From Camelus dromedarius (lineage: Eukaryota), in contig NC_087472.1 in assembly GCF_036321535.1 (NCBI RefSeq), positions 100,132,001 through 100,196,000 of the forward strand: a stretch of 64,000 nucleotides of DNA, given 5' to 3'. The position numbers and the translations under genes are program-made. Under the pieces are notes generated by a model, which was given only the letters and a program-made list of their open reading frames with translations, ran no database searches and was not told where the DNA came from. Of this stretch, positions 25,329 through 37,978 are shown one piece after another. How positions within the stretch are numbered: the stretch's first letter is position 1; each line of letters begins with the position of its first letter.

Positions 25329-28007
25329 TTATAATCATTTCATTTAGGAAATAAATAAGTCATATATACCCCAAGAATGTATCTAAGGCTGAGATGCACA
25401 GAAATAATTTTTCCCATTGAATTGGTGGGCAGTTACTTGGAAGCTATACGTAGCTTCACCAGAGAGGAAACGGGGACATAGACTTTTCCTGTCCCTTGGG
25501 AAAAGTACTAGAACATCAGCTATTCCACTCCATACTTGTAGAAGGAATTGTTAAAAGTATGCTAGACCTTATTTTCATCTGTCGTGTCCTAAAGCCAGAG
25601 TTCAGAGCTCTGCTTTTAAAAGCAGAGTTAAATTTCCAAGCTAGGATCATGTTACTGAAAACACCTTATTAAAAAACTAATCTGGTTCTTGACCTCTGGA
25701 CTAGGTGATTATTTTTTTTTCTGGAAAGCCAATGAGATTTAAAAGAAACTCATTGTTCTCATCAAAATAGTTATGTCTATGTTCCAAATAAATTGGAAAT
25801 TCTTTGAGAAACAGACATTGGCAACATTGGGATTATTTGTCTACAATATAGGAAGTCTTTTACCTGGCTTTTACTTTACCTTGTACGTAAGCTGCCTGGC
25901 TCTACCTTACTCTAAACTCGAGGCCTAAATGTGCCTCATAAAAGGTAACAGGATGTCTTCCTGGTCTTTCCCTCTTGCCTTCCTCAATTCTTCAATTTGC
26001 TCTGACTTGGGATCCAAAATTATCCAGGATGATATAGATTGCTTAGGGACACTTTGGTAAAAGGGCAATTTAAATTTCTTTTCTACTTTCTATATCCTTT
26101 GGGTTTTCTGGATTCAGAATTAGAATTTCTACTACCTCTATTAGTGAAGACTCAATTTCAAACAAGAAGGCTAGCTCTCAGAGTAGGAGAGGGAGAATTT
26201 TATTTTACACATTGATTATGATTTATGTAAAAATATCGGCCCTTTATTTCATTTGTGTAGCTATTTTTTATTTCTACCTCATCATAAATTCTCTGTTCAA
26301 GTTTTCTTGTCATTCTTTTCCTTCATGCCTATGGTCTGTGTTCTCTGTTAAACTGGAGTACGCTGGAGGTGTGAACCATAAAAGTTTCCTCTTGAGTATC
26401 ACAGGAGTAATGTCACATTTCACAGGGCCAATGTTGGAACCAAAATATAAATACTTGATTCTGCCTACCAATTGAAGAAGTCTTGTGTGTCCCATGATAC
26501 CCATTTATTTTCTTTAGAGTAAGATGTAATTCACATACCATAAACTTCACCACTCACCCATTTGCTGGTGTTGGGCATTTTGTTTTGTATATCATGTCTG
26601 TCTTTATTTAAGGCTGTTTCGGAATTAAGCCGGATTGACAGTTAGTGACAAGAATCCTGGGACTGGAGGTGGAGGACATGAGATTTGCCTGGCTTCTAGT
26701 CATCTGTGGGCCAGTTGGTTAACCTTGCTGGGAATTGGTTTCCTCCTCTAGAAAGTGAGATGATTATTAATCAGGTGATTACTGTGATTCATGCCAGCTC
26801 TGAAATAATTCTGACTTTATGGTAGCCATTCTGTTGTTTGAACAAAGCAGATGGACTCTTACAGTAGCTCAGTTGGTGCTACATGGCATGTTTCCAGCAG
26901 GGATATCTTCATTCAACTTTCAGTGGCACAATAGCCTGATTACCCAATTGAAATTGTTACTCAGCGTCTGTGTATGTATTTGTCCCTCTTATGATCAGAT
27001 AAATATAGAAAAGCAGCAATGTAGAATGCTATTTGCATTGATCTTAAAAAAAAAAAAACAAAAACTCTGCACTCCCCTGATGTGCATGCATGTGGATTTT
27101 TTGAATTCTTCTTTAACTAACTAGAATTATATCTATTATGCTGAAACCTTGTAATCTTTTTTTTTTTTTTTTTTTGGAGTAGTGCCTGACTTGGATTTGC
27201 TTCCTGAATAAATTGACTTTGTCACACATGGTTATGTTAAATAATTTTTTTATGTTGTCTTATGTTTATTGATTTGCTTCCTAAACTTTCTTGGGAACAA
27301 TTTTCTGTGCTTTTTAAATTTCAGTTTTCACTAAGGATTTGCAACCCTTTTGTATTTTAAGATTCAAGCTCCAAAGTACCACTTTCTGCCATCAGTCAAG
27401 ATATGCTTTCTTGCATAAGTGCTCAGAGGTCAGCCTGTCTTGGGTGGTATTAAGCTACCTTCCATCTGCCTTAGATGTTCCCTGCTCTTCTGACTAGGCC
27501 ATTTGTTGACTGATTAAATGTTTGTATCATTATTTTTAAAATGTAGTCTGAAAAATCAAGCCGAAAGTCTCATTATGCAGTCTGTTGAGATAAATTCTTA
27601 CATATTTTATTTGCTCCAGAGAATTAATTAATAAGACTTGTGCTGTTAACTGACCAATTTCTGTGACCTGCTCCTAGCCATACATAAACATAAGTGCTGG
27701 GGTAATGAGGCCCCTTGGCTTGCGTTTGTGCACTGGCCCTCCTCGGTGCCTGCAGAGGAGCCCAGTGACCGGCGAGTCCTAGGTATCCTTGCATAGTGGC
27801 CATGATCGAACCTGATGGACAGTTAGTTTGAGACTCTGACACACTCTGCTCTCCTGGGCTGTCCTGGAGAATCCAGGCAACTGTTTATGGATGGGAATCA
27901 CTCTCTTATCATGGAAATCTTGATACATGAAGCCCACTGAAGACGCTCTGATGTTTTAGGGCTGCAGGTAGGCTGTTCTATGGGAAACAGCTGCTTAGAG
28001 TGCAGAG

Positions 28008-29118
28008 CAGGGTCTCTTAGATTTTGGGGGCCTGGGACTCCTTTGTCAATCTGGAGGAGCCTATAGACCTTTTCTCAATATATCTTAACATGCTTAAATA
28101 AATACAAAAGGTTACCGAGGAGATGAGTTACACTTGTCGACTAAGATAAATGCACAGCCTAAAAGTTGAGAGTTATGTTTTATTTGGCAGGAGTACTTGA
28201 GTTGGGAGGACAGACTCTCAGGTCGCTCTGAGGGACTGCTCTGAAGACCTAGGGGAGGAGCTAGGATATGTCGACTGAAATAAATGTGCAGCCTAAAAGT
28301 TAAGAGTTATGTTTTATTTGGCAGGAGGACTCGAGCCGAGGTGACAGCCTCCCAGATGGCTCTGAGGGACTGCTCCGAAGAGGTAGGGGAGGAGCTAGGA
28401 TATATAGGAGCTTTACAACAAAGACCAGGTAGTTGGAACAATAAAAGGTTACTTGTTATCTAAAGAAAACCAGGCATCTCAAGTTAAAGAATTTAGCTCT
28501 TTTCTATGTATGGGAGGAAGCAAACATTTGGGCTCATTGAATTGATTCCTTTGACAAGCACTTAGCTATCTAGGGCCAGTATCCTGTCCTTTCTTATTCT
28601 GAGTCCCCTCAGAGGGCACCATTGTGAGCGGCTGCAGAGGCTGGGCTGCAGGCTTGTCTTCACTGGGCGGGGTGGGTGGCGGCAGCGGCTGATGACTTGA
28701 TGGCTTTAGCATTCTTTGTTTACTGATATGGTTTGCGGTATTTTTCGTTCACACACTGAAATATAGTTATCAATATTTTAAGAGTTGTGTATTGTATTCT
28801 ATGTCCTCCTTTATTAATGTCTCAAATAATATCAAACAGCAAGTTTAAAAACTGTCATAATTTTGGAGTAATGATGAGTGTAAAAGTTATTTTGCGATCT
28901 CTGCAGGAGCTGTAATGTAATATGAAAAATTCTGTGATTTCTATTAGTGAAAAAGTCCCATGTCCTGCTAAAACAAAGATGTTACCTATATTCCTGATGG
29001 AAAGCACTGTTACATTTCAGTTAGAGGCCAATGATGACAAAAGTGCAATTTTTTTTTTTTTCTCATACAAGTTCACAGACTCCCAAGATTTAATGGGCCC
29101 CAGGTTCAGAATTCACAG
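28008..29118. mobile_element. hAT-Charlie DNA transposon remnant (MER119-like), interrupted by an LTR
   Basis: Ends cagggtctcttagattt...gactcctttg and gggccccaggttcagaattcacag; the interior joins up across the LTR at 28135-28753. Confidence 0.6.
28135..28753 (-). mobile_element. ERV1-type solo LTR with a duplicated terminal 134 bp
   Basis: TG...CA termini; 4-bp TSD CACT at 28131-28134 and 28754-28757; AATAAA and TATA-like motifs on the - strand; same family as 30560-31050. Confidence 0.88.
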
Positions 29119-29284
29119 TCTGGTCTAGAACTACTGAACATAGTACTTATTGAATGTCCACTATAGGCTATGGTTATATTTAAGCCTCTGTCACTTAATG
29201 AAGTTGACAGTATTATTGTCCTCAATTTAAACGTGAGAAAACTGAAGTTTAGAAGGATAAATACATTTTCCAAGGTCATCCGTC

Positions 29285-29910
29285 TGATGCAGGAAAACAG
29301 ATGTGGGCGTGAGGAGGGCTGTGTCCCATGTCTCAGTTGAGCCCCTGGGACGTGCCCCGCCAAGTGTGGGTCCTTGGCTTCGTGCAGGAAAGAATTCAAG
29401 AGTGAGCCACAGTTGAATGAAGGTAGATTTATTCAGAGAGATACATTGAAAGGCAAGAGAAAGGCCACGAGGTGTGGGGGTTGGGTGCTCAGATTAAAAG
29501 TAGGTATACACTCCATAGACAGAATGTGGGCTGTCTCCGAAGAGGGAGAAAGAGAGGGTGGCCACGAGTCACCGTGTTGCTGGTTTTTATGGGCTTGGTG
29601 GCTTCATATGCTAATAAGTAGAAGGACCAGTCTAAGGGGAAGGGGCTGGAATTCCCAGGAATTTGGCCATTTCCCACTCTTTGACCTTTTGTGGCTAGCC
29701 TTGGGACTGCCATGGTGCCTGTGGGAGTGTTATTCACCATGTTAATATATTACAATGGGTGTATAATGAAGCTCAGGATCTGCTGGAAGCTAAATCTCTT
29801 AACATCTTGAGCCTCAAGGCCCACTGGGGGTCAACTCTTTCACCATTTTGATGTTAATTGCTGTAGCATTCCTTGAATGGCTGTGCCCTGCCCCCTTCCA
29901 TCCTGTCTCA
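29285..29910 (-). mobile_element. ERV1-type solo LTR of a second family, inserted in a MIR
   Basis: TG...CA termini; TSD CGTC/CATC differing by one CpG-type change; AATAAA on the - strand; MIR sequence continues on both sides. Confidence 0.85.
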
Positions 29911-30559
29911 CATCTAGTATGGGAGTGGAACTCAGATTCAGTCTTTGGCCATCTGAATTCTCCATCATCTTGCTATGCTTGAGCTGATACTGACTTCCTA
30001 TTTCAATATTGATAGGGTATTTCTTTTTTACCTACCTAGGAAATGTGGGGTAAAAAAACAACACTACCCACCTCTCCCGAGAGGATGCTAAAATTGAAAT
30101 ACCCTCACTGCTGGTGAGAGTGTAAATTGTTCCGTCCTTTTTGATAGCACCTTGGCCACACATAGCAAGAACATTGAACTTGCTCTAGTAATCTCACTCC
30201 TGGAAAGCTACTCTTAGGAAAAGACCACAGTATAAAGATGCCGTATGTGAAGGTGTTTGTCTCAGTGTATAGTAAGAAAAATTTCAAAACAAAGTTAAAC
30301 AGTAGGAAAATGAAGCACATTATATATATTCACCAGAAGGTGTATTAGGCAGGCATTAAAAATTACGGTGTTTGAGACGATACAACCACTCTTGTAATGA
30401 GAACTTTTTTGAGAAAAATTTTTTAATTGAAGTATATTTGGTTTACAATGTTGGTTAATTTCTGGTATACAGCATAGTGATTGAGTTACACACATATATA
30501 TATATTCCTTTTCATATTATTTTTCATTATAGGCTATTACAAGGTATTGAATATAGTTC

Positions 30560-31050
30560 TATCTACTGAGATAAATGCACAGCCTAAAAGTTGAGAGTTA
30601 TGTTTTATTTGGCAGACATTTCTGAGGACTCAAACCCCTTCGAGCCCAGGATGACAGCCTCTCAGGTCGCTCTGAGGGACTGCTCTGAAGACGTAGGGGA
30701 GGAGCTAGAATATATAGGAGTTTTACAAAACAGACCAGGTAGTTGGGACATTAAAAGATTACTTGTTATCTAAAGAAAACCAGGCATCTCAAGTTAAACG
30801 ATTTAGTGCTTTTCTATGTATGGGAGGAAGCAAACATTTGGGCTCATTGAATTCATTCCTTTGACAAGCACTTAGCTATCTAGGGCCAGTATCCTGTCCT
30901 TTCTTATTCTGAGTCCCCTCAGGCTGCAGGGGCTTGGCTGCAGGTTTGTCTGCACCCAGAGCTCACTGGGGGCTGGTGGCAGCAGCTGATGACTTGATGG
31001 CTTCAGCATTCTTTATTTACTGATAAGGTTTGCAGTATTTTTCGTTCACA
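30560..31050 (-). mobile_element. ERV1-type solo LTR inserted in an L1 3' end spanning about 30420-31205
   Basis: Aligns end to end with 28269-28753; TSD GTTC/CTTC; splits the L1 motif gaatatagttc|cctgtgctat. Confidence 0.88.
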
Positions 31051-32221
31051 CTTCCCTGTGCTATCCAGTGGGACCTTGCTGTCTATCTGTTCTATATATA
31101 GTAGTGTGTATCTGCGAATCTCAGGCTCCCAATTCACACCCCCTCCCAGAGTAACCACAAGTTTGTTTTCTATGTCTGTGAGTCTGTCTCGTAAATAAGT
31201 TTGTCTGTAATGAGAGCTTTTTAAAAAACGCCTATTTAACTTAGTGATGCTGTAGGACAAACTGTTCATTATGGTAATATTTGTAGATGATAGTAGTTGT
31301 GGAAATCTCAGTTGCTAAGCTAGGAACTAAAAACTTCAGAGAACAGATTCCTCCACTCCCTACCCTCATGGTATCAGAGACCAGTGGCTTTTACTCTGCT
31401 CTCTGACCTCATTTACTGTATCAGAATCATCCTTTTGGAAATACTGAGAGAGTGTTTGGAATAAGGGTTTACATGTTAACGTGCCTAGCATGCTGGCTGT
31501 AATGCCCCTCTATGTAGGAAACTAAGCTGCCTTTGTTAAATTTGTTTTAATGAGCTGGATTCTTGAGATGTTTCCATTTACAAATGCAATGATTACAAAT
31601 ATTTAAGTCTGGTTTGCTATTGAACATGTGTTATGCTAATCAATGTTTTTCTTTTAATTTTGGGTCTCCCCACCCACAGAAGTCTGAATGTGTTCCATCA
31701 CTTGAAGATGTTTGGGCCCCTTCTTTGTAAGAACAAAAGTACTGCACTCCAGAGCCTGTGCTTTCATTTGAAAGTTTATGAATTGCTTTTTAAAATGTAG
31801 TCATTAGCCCCAATTTCTTTCTATAAAATTTCTTAAGCTTTTATACACTTTATGAAAGAGTCTCTCAAAAGAAGTATTTTTACTTTCCCAAGGCTCCAGA
31901 TTCCTGCTGCCTCCTCCATCCTGTTCATTAAACACCAATCAGTTGTTTTCAGAGTTCATGTGTTCCTTCTCTTTCTCCTTATTTTTCTCGACCTGAGGCT
32001 AACCGCTTGTTCAGGGGGTCAGAGCCCCTCCAGCTGTGGGCAGGGCTTCATCAGCCGCTGTTGCTCTGCCTACACTTAAGCCATAACCTGTGACAAAAAT
32101 TAAAAGTCTTATTTTTTCACACTTCATTATTTAGGATTTGAGCAGGACTGAGGCAGAGTTAACTTTTATGCTGTTTGGGAAGAATAGGTTTGCTAAAGGA
32201 AGAATGTCAACAGGATTTCAG

Positions 32222-32439
32222 AAGATCTAAAAAAAATGACACAAATGAACTTATTCACAAAAAACAGAAACACTCACAGACATAGAAAACAAACTTGTGA
32301 CTACGGGGTGGGCAGGGATAAATTGGGAGTTCGTGATTTGCAGATACACACTGCTGTATATAAAATAGATGAACAACACGTTTCTTCTGTAGAGCACAGG
32401 GAACTATATCCAATACCTTGTAGTAACCTGTAATGAAAA

Positions 32440-32476
<37 letters not shown>

Positions 32477-32606
32477 CTATGTATAGATACAGATATATAT
32501 ATATACATATATAGATATATATATATATGGCTGAGTCACTATGCTGTACACCAGAAACTAACACAGCATTGTAATCGACTATACTTCAATTTAAAAAAAA
32601 AAAAAA
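32222..32606 (+). mobile_element. Cetartiodactyl-type L1 3' end with an internal (TG)n(TA)n microsatellite
   Basis: gacacaaatgaacttattcacaaaaaacagaaac...gctgtacaccagaaactaacacagcattgtaatcgactatacttcaatt, then poly(A). Confidence 0.88.
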
Positions 32607-32729
32607 GATTTCAACTGGAATGTTTGTTTTGGAAATCGTTTTAAGACCTTTTAACGATTCTATCCAAATAGGTTGGATTCTTGCACCTCTGATTTATATA
32701 CCTGTTATGGAGACTTAGGGTTATTTAGT

Positions 32730-35540
32730 TGTAATGTTTGTAAATATTTTTGTTACAATTACTACCCTATATAATATTATCTTTTAACAGAGCTGAGAGA
32801 AGAAAGGAAAATAAGTATATATTTATAGAGTTTGTTATATTAACCTTTTTGTTTACCATTTCCACTTTTCATTTGTTTCTGTGCATTCAAGTTATCAAGT
32901 GGTGCTATTTCCTTGTTCTAATACAGCTTTGTTTCCACCTTTTTTTTTGTATTGTTAGTATCAAATATATTACATTTCTATATGTTATAGTCTCCAACAT
33001 ATGATTATACACATCATTTTATGCAGTTGTCTTTTTTTATGCAATTGTCTTTTAAACCAGTTAAGAAAAGAAAGGAGAAATTAGCAATTATATTGTCTCT
33101 TACAATGACCTGTGTGACTAATTTTATTGCATACTTTGTTTTTATTGTGTGAATTAGAATTACTATATGGTGTTACTTGCTTTCAGCCCAAGGAACTTCC
33201 TTTAGTATTTTTTGTAAGACAGGTCTGCTAGGAATAAATTATTTCAGTTTTTGTTTAACTGAAAAATGTCTTTATTTCACCCCAGATTTTCTTTCAGATC
33301 CTTTATTAAGGTATTGAAGTTTTCTCTAGAGACCTGTGTACTTTTGGTTAAATTCGATTCACTTTGATTTTTAAGAAATAGTTCTGCTAGATACAAGATT
33401 GTTGGTTGACTTTTCTTTTTCTCTCATCACTTTGGATATGTCATTTACTGCCTTCTAGCCTTCATTGTTTCTGATGAAAAGTCAGATGCTTATTTTATTG
33501 GGCTTCCCTTGCACATTGTAATACACTTTTTTCTCTTGCTGCTTTCAAGACTTTGCCTTTCAAAATTTTGACTGTGATGTATCTGGGTGTGGATCTCTTT
33601 GAGTTTGTCTTAATTGGAATTTATTTAACTTCTGGATATGTAGATTCATTTAATCAAATTTGTGAAGTTTGAAGAAATGATTTCTTTCAGTAGTTTTCTG
33701 TTCCTTTCCCCTCCTGCTGGGACTCCCACTGTGACTTGTGTTTGTTGATGGGCTTGATGATGTCCCCCAGTCCTTCAGGCTCTGTTCATTTGCGTCCCTT
33801 CTTTTTTCTCTCCATTCTTCAGCTTACATAATCTCTATTGATGTATATAGAAGTTTGCTGATTCTTTCTTCCATTCAGATTTTCTCTTGGGCCCCTTCAG
33901 TGAATTTTTAATTTGGGGTATTATAATTTTTAACTCCAGAATTTCCATTCCTTTCTTTTTTTTGGTAATTCCTGATTCTTCATTGATAGTCGGTATTTGA
34001 TGATACATTGTCATCATACCTTTAATTTGTTACATATGGTTTCCTTTAGTTCTTTGAACGTATCTGTAATAGCTGTTTTCAAGTCTTTGTCTCCTAAGTG
34101 CAGTACTTGCCTTTCAAAGGCAGTCACTTGTTTGCTGTTTTTCCTGTACATGGATCACATTGTCCTGTTTCTTTGCCTGTTTTGTGTTTTTTGTTGTTCT
34201 TGTTGAAAACTGGACATTTTAGATAATATATCATAGCAACTCTGGATACTGATTTCTCTCCCTCCTGCATCTGGGATGTTGTTGTTTGCTGGTTTATTTA
34301 TTTATTTAGTGACTTCACTAGACTGGTTCACTGAAGTCTGTTTGCTTAGTGTGCAGCCTCTGATGTCACTCCTCGGAAGGTGTAGCCTTGGGCATGTACA
34401 CGGCCACCCTAACCCTCCCATCCCCGCCCAGGGATGACAGTGGTTATAGATGGGCTCTCTTGGACTCTGTTTTCCCCCAGTTTCCCTGTCAAGTTTCTGA
34501 CTCATCTTCCCCTACTGATACTACATCCGGTTGTTAGTCTCCTCTTGTTGTTAGCCGGTTGCTTTATTGTTTTTGACAACGCCCTGAGATACAAGTGTTC
34601 CACAGTCCGATACCATTAACACTGGGCTCCTTTGCAGGAGTAGTTTTTAAGGCTGGTCTTTAAGGTTTACTCTGACCTCAGGAAAGCCTTCATAGCTTTC
34701 TCTTCCCCTGTTTCTCTTTGTTAAACTTCTAGCTGGTCTACCGTTCACCTGTTGCAATCATACCGCTACCAGCCTCCTCTTAATTTTCTGCCACGAAAAT
34801 CTCCATCGTTTTTGACAGTGCCCATAGGTCTGCACTTCCCCGTGCTATGTTCCATGTAAAGTCAGCCCCCTTAGCGAGAGCTGCAGAGCTCTCTGTTCTT
34901 ACATCATGCCGCTACCCCTAAGCAGAGCCTCTGCACCACCGATCCAGACCTAGGGAGGGGGTAGCAGCCTGCCTGTATCACAATGAGACCCTGCTCTGAG
35001 TGAGGTGCCGGGCAGGGGGAGCAGCCCCTGGTCTCCTGAGCTAGCCTCTCCTGGCGTGGAACCTACGCCCTATTTGAGCTGGGACATAAACCATCAGGGC
35101 TCAGTATTCTCGGCCTGCTTCACCTAGGGTAGAGCTTCCGCCCCGCAAGGGGAACTGGGTGGAGAAATGGAGCCCTGGTCTTTCTGACCACACTTGCCTG
35201 GAGGAGGGCTTCTGCCGCACAGGACTGTGGTGAATGAGCATGCTGGTGGCCTGGCCTTCCCAGGGAGGAACTGTCACTGGACTGGAGGTTGGGGGTGAGA
35301 GGGAAGCCCCGACTTCTAGGCTGTACCCATCCAGAGTAGAACCGTCACTAGAGGGTAAGGGGAAGAGCAGGATAGAGCTCAAATGCTAGACTCACTGCTC
35401 TTACCGAGATTGGATGGATTTTCTTGAATAAATGTTCCTCCCATAGCTGTATGCTCTTAAAACAATTTATAGAGGCTTTAAGTGATTTTTTTTAAAATAT
35501 CTTTTTTACCAGTTATGGTTGTTTCTGAGGGGAGAGCTCG
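32730..35540 (-). mobile_element. Ancient L1M 5' end (5' UTR, ORF1 remnant, inter-ORF region)
   Basis: ORF1 coiled-coil-like remnant in track ORF 33835-34017 (MEILELKIIIPQIKNSLKG); ORF1 motifs (tttctgatgaaaagtcag); GC-richer 5' UTR at 34.3-35.4 kb. Confidence 0.7.
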
Positions 35541-36123
35541 GCACTAGTCCAGTCTTATTCTAACTTCGTGAAAATAGCGAACTTCATTTCTTCAAAGATA
35601 ATTTTTACCTTCTGGACTTCACTGACTCACACAGCTCTTTTCTCCCTTAGTCTGAACTGGGAAATCTTTTACCGTGAACTCAACCTATTTCTGGTGGAAG
35701 AACAACCAGTTTAACTTCTGAGTGTATAAATAGCATTTCATTTAATTTACTTCAGCAACATAGTCTTCTTGTTCTAGATGAGGGAGAAATTCGTCTCTAA
35801 CCTACCAGAACCTTACTTTGCTGGGCAATTTGAGTTTGTCTTTGAGAATTTGAAGATACTCTCAAGGAGGGGAGAGTCTTTGTTCCTCTGATGTAGGCCA
35901 TGCCCAGCGATTGCTGGGACGTAGCCACGAGCCTTCTTCCTTCTTTACCGAGGTGTCACCAACACACCCAACATTCTGCCACTTCTATTGATAAGACACT
36001 GTCATTTGTAGTTTGACATGTTTAACACCAGCATCTGGTGCTCACAGGGACAGTGTCCAGCTGCTATTTTGCAGCAGGTTAAGTACTTTCATAAAACGTA
36101 GTACCAGAAATAATGAAACATCA

Positions 36124-36179
36124 GGTAATTAGGTTTATTTATTTTTAGAGGAAGTACTGGGGTTTGAACCCAGGACCTC
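36124..36179 (-). mobile_element. 5'-truncated Vic-1-like SINE
   Basis: ggtaattaggtttatt...gtactggggtttgaacccaggacctc is the 3' half of the same SINE. Confidence 0.75.
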
Positions 36180-36204
36180 AAGATCAGAAAGCTTAGTGTT
36201 AGAC

Positions 36205-36482
36205 AAGGGTTGGCCCACCACTGGATTTTGTATAACCAGTGATTTTACACTGGTTTGTACATTTTTAAATGATTGGAAAAGAATCAGCAGATGAAGAATA
36301 TTTCAGGACGTGTAAAAAGATGAAATTCGCATTTGTGGCCATAAATAAAGTTTTATTGGGACACAGCCATGCTCATGTGTTTACATGTTGTCTACAGCTG
36401 CTTTCATGCTGCAACAGAAACTGTATGGCCCACAGAACCAAAAATATTTACCATCTGGCTTTTTACAAAAAACGTTTGCTGA
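36205..36482. mobile_element. MER58-like hAT-Charlie element (a smaller copy lies at about 9617-9785)
   Basis: ataaataaagttttattgggacacagccatgctcat...tatggcccacagaacc...atttaccatctggctttttacaaaaaacgtttgctgac. Confidence 0.7.
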
Positions 36483-37779
36483 CACAGTCTAAAATATGTT
36501 TGACTAGAGCAGCACTAGTCATTTTTGCTTAACAAAATATTTTAGGGCCTAAAGACATGTATAGACAGGGCTAGAGATACCCTAGAAGGTGCAAAAGGGA
36601 GAATTTCAAGGCAGTTATTTACATCTTAAATTTACGTAGAAAGAAGAATGCCACCTGTGTTTCTGCAAGCACATCTTATTCAAAAGGAAAACTTTAAAAT
36701 GTCTGTCAGATACGTATTTGAAACTAGTTCCCCAATGTGGTAAGTTTTCCCAGGACTTCTGTTTGATTGGAGATTGTGGCATTGTGACACTTTTCTCTGT
36801 GATGAATGAATTTCTTTTTTAATTTAGAAGAAGCTGTATTGCTGATTTGACTTCTCATTCTTGGTGAAAGTATGCGTGCCAAAGTTATGTCTGCATCCTG
36901 CCAAAATAGCTAAATAACTCCATTAGTTTAGTTTAGTTTAAAAAATTAGAGGAAAGCAATCAGATGAATTACTTCTGACATCATGTAAATTCTTTAACAT
37001 TTAGTAAAGAGGTAGGAATTTAAAAGTCTGAAATTCTAACCTAGTTGCTTTTTTTGACAGTACAGACAGAAGATTGACTATGACAGAAGAATGTCGTATA
37101 AGAACTTATTTTAGTCCTCCAGACAGGCTAAAAACTGGGTTGGCTTAATGCTCTTTAAAAGTAGTGTTTACGCTTCACAAAGGATCACGAGTCATAGTCA
37201 AGTTGTAATTCCTCCATAGGGAAAAGAAACTGTTTTACCTGAGCATTATTTGTCAATAAAAATTTTACAACAGATCCTTTTTTTCAAAACATCTCTGAGA
37301 CTAATTTTATTTATTAATATCTGCTTCCTGCCAAACAGTTTTTACCCAACAAAGTTTATAAATAGTTCAACTGTGGTTAAATTATCAAATAACAAGGCCT
37401 TTCCATCTGTGCTGAAAGAAAGAAAATAAGCCTTTACATTGTAATGCTTGGTTATCAATGGGCTCACGTTCCCTCTGATGGCGGGGCAGGGCAAGTAATG
37501 AAATGATGTGATTTCTGAGACTGAAAACCCCAAAATCTCTGCTGATGAAGTTCAGAGACAGAGATCAGTTCAGCATTTGAAACCAAATTTTTGTCAGACG
37601 TCCATGTATTAGAGCTTGTGAAATTGAGCGGCTTCCTGTTTTGCGCCTGATAGATTCATAGTCATATTGTGCAAGTTGTTGCTCATCCTCTGGTCCCATC
37701 AGGGTTCCACCTGCCCAAATCCACGGTCATGCTTCTGCATCAATTATTTTGTGAAGCATTTTTATTTCTTGTTTTCCAG

Positions 37780-37978
37780 GCATCTAGTGGAAATTACTAT
37801 TTCATCCCGGATGTTGTGACACCGTGCATTGATTATCTTTGCTACGAGAGTGATGCCTAGAGGCGTGCCTCAGGGTACATGCAGCCCAAGTGGGACACCA
37901 TCCTGGGTCTGCTGTGAGTGTCCCTGGTGGACAGGTTTGGTTTACCAGCATCCTCAAGGACATCCACGTGACCTCATG
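37780..37978 (+). pseudogene. MAP3K15: MAP3K15 exon (human exon 4 equivalent), disrupted
   Basis: ttttccAG|GCATCT...CTCATG|GTaatt. Reads ASSGNYYFIPDVVTPCIDYLCYESDA*RRASGYMQPKWDTILGLL*VSLVDRF, then TSILKDIHVTS after a shift. TAG at 37858-37860, TGA at 37915-37917, GGTTT duplicated at 37934-37943. Length is 199 bp; removing the duplicate gives 194 bp and restores phase with the next exon. Confidence 0.93.

Noticed and set aside
32441..32528. Low-complexity YI/CV-repeat ORFs (also about 50731-50820)
   Set aside because: Translations of (TG)n(TA)n microsatellites within L1 3' ends.
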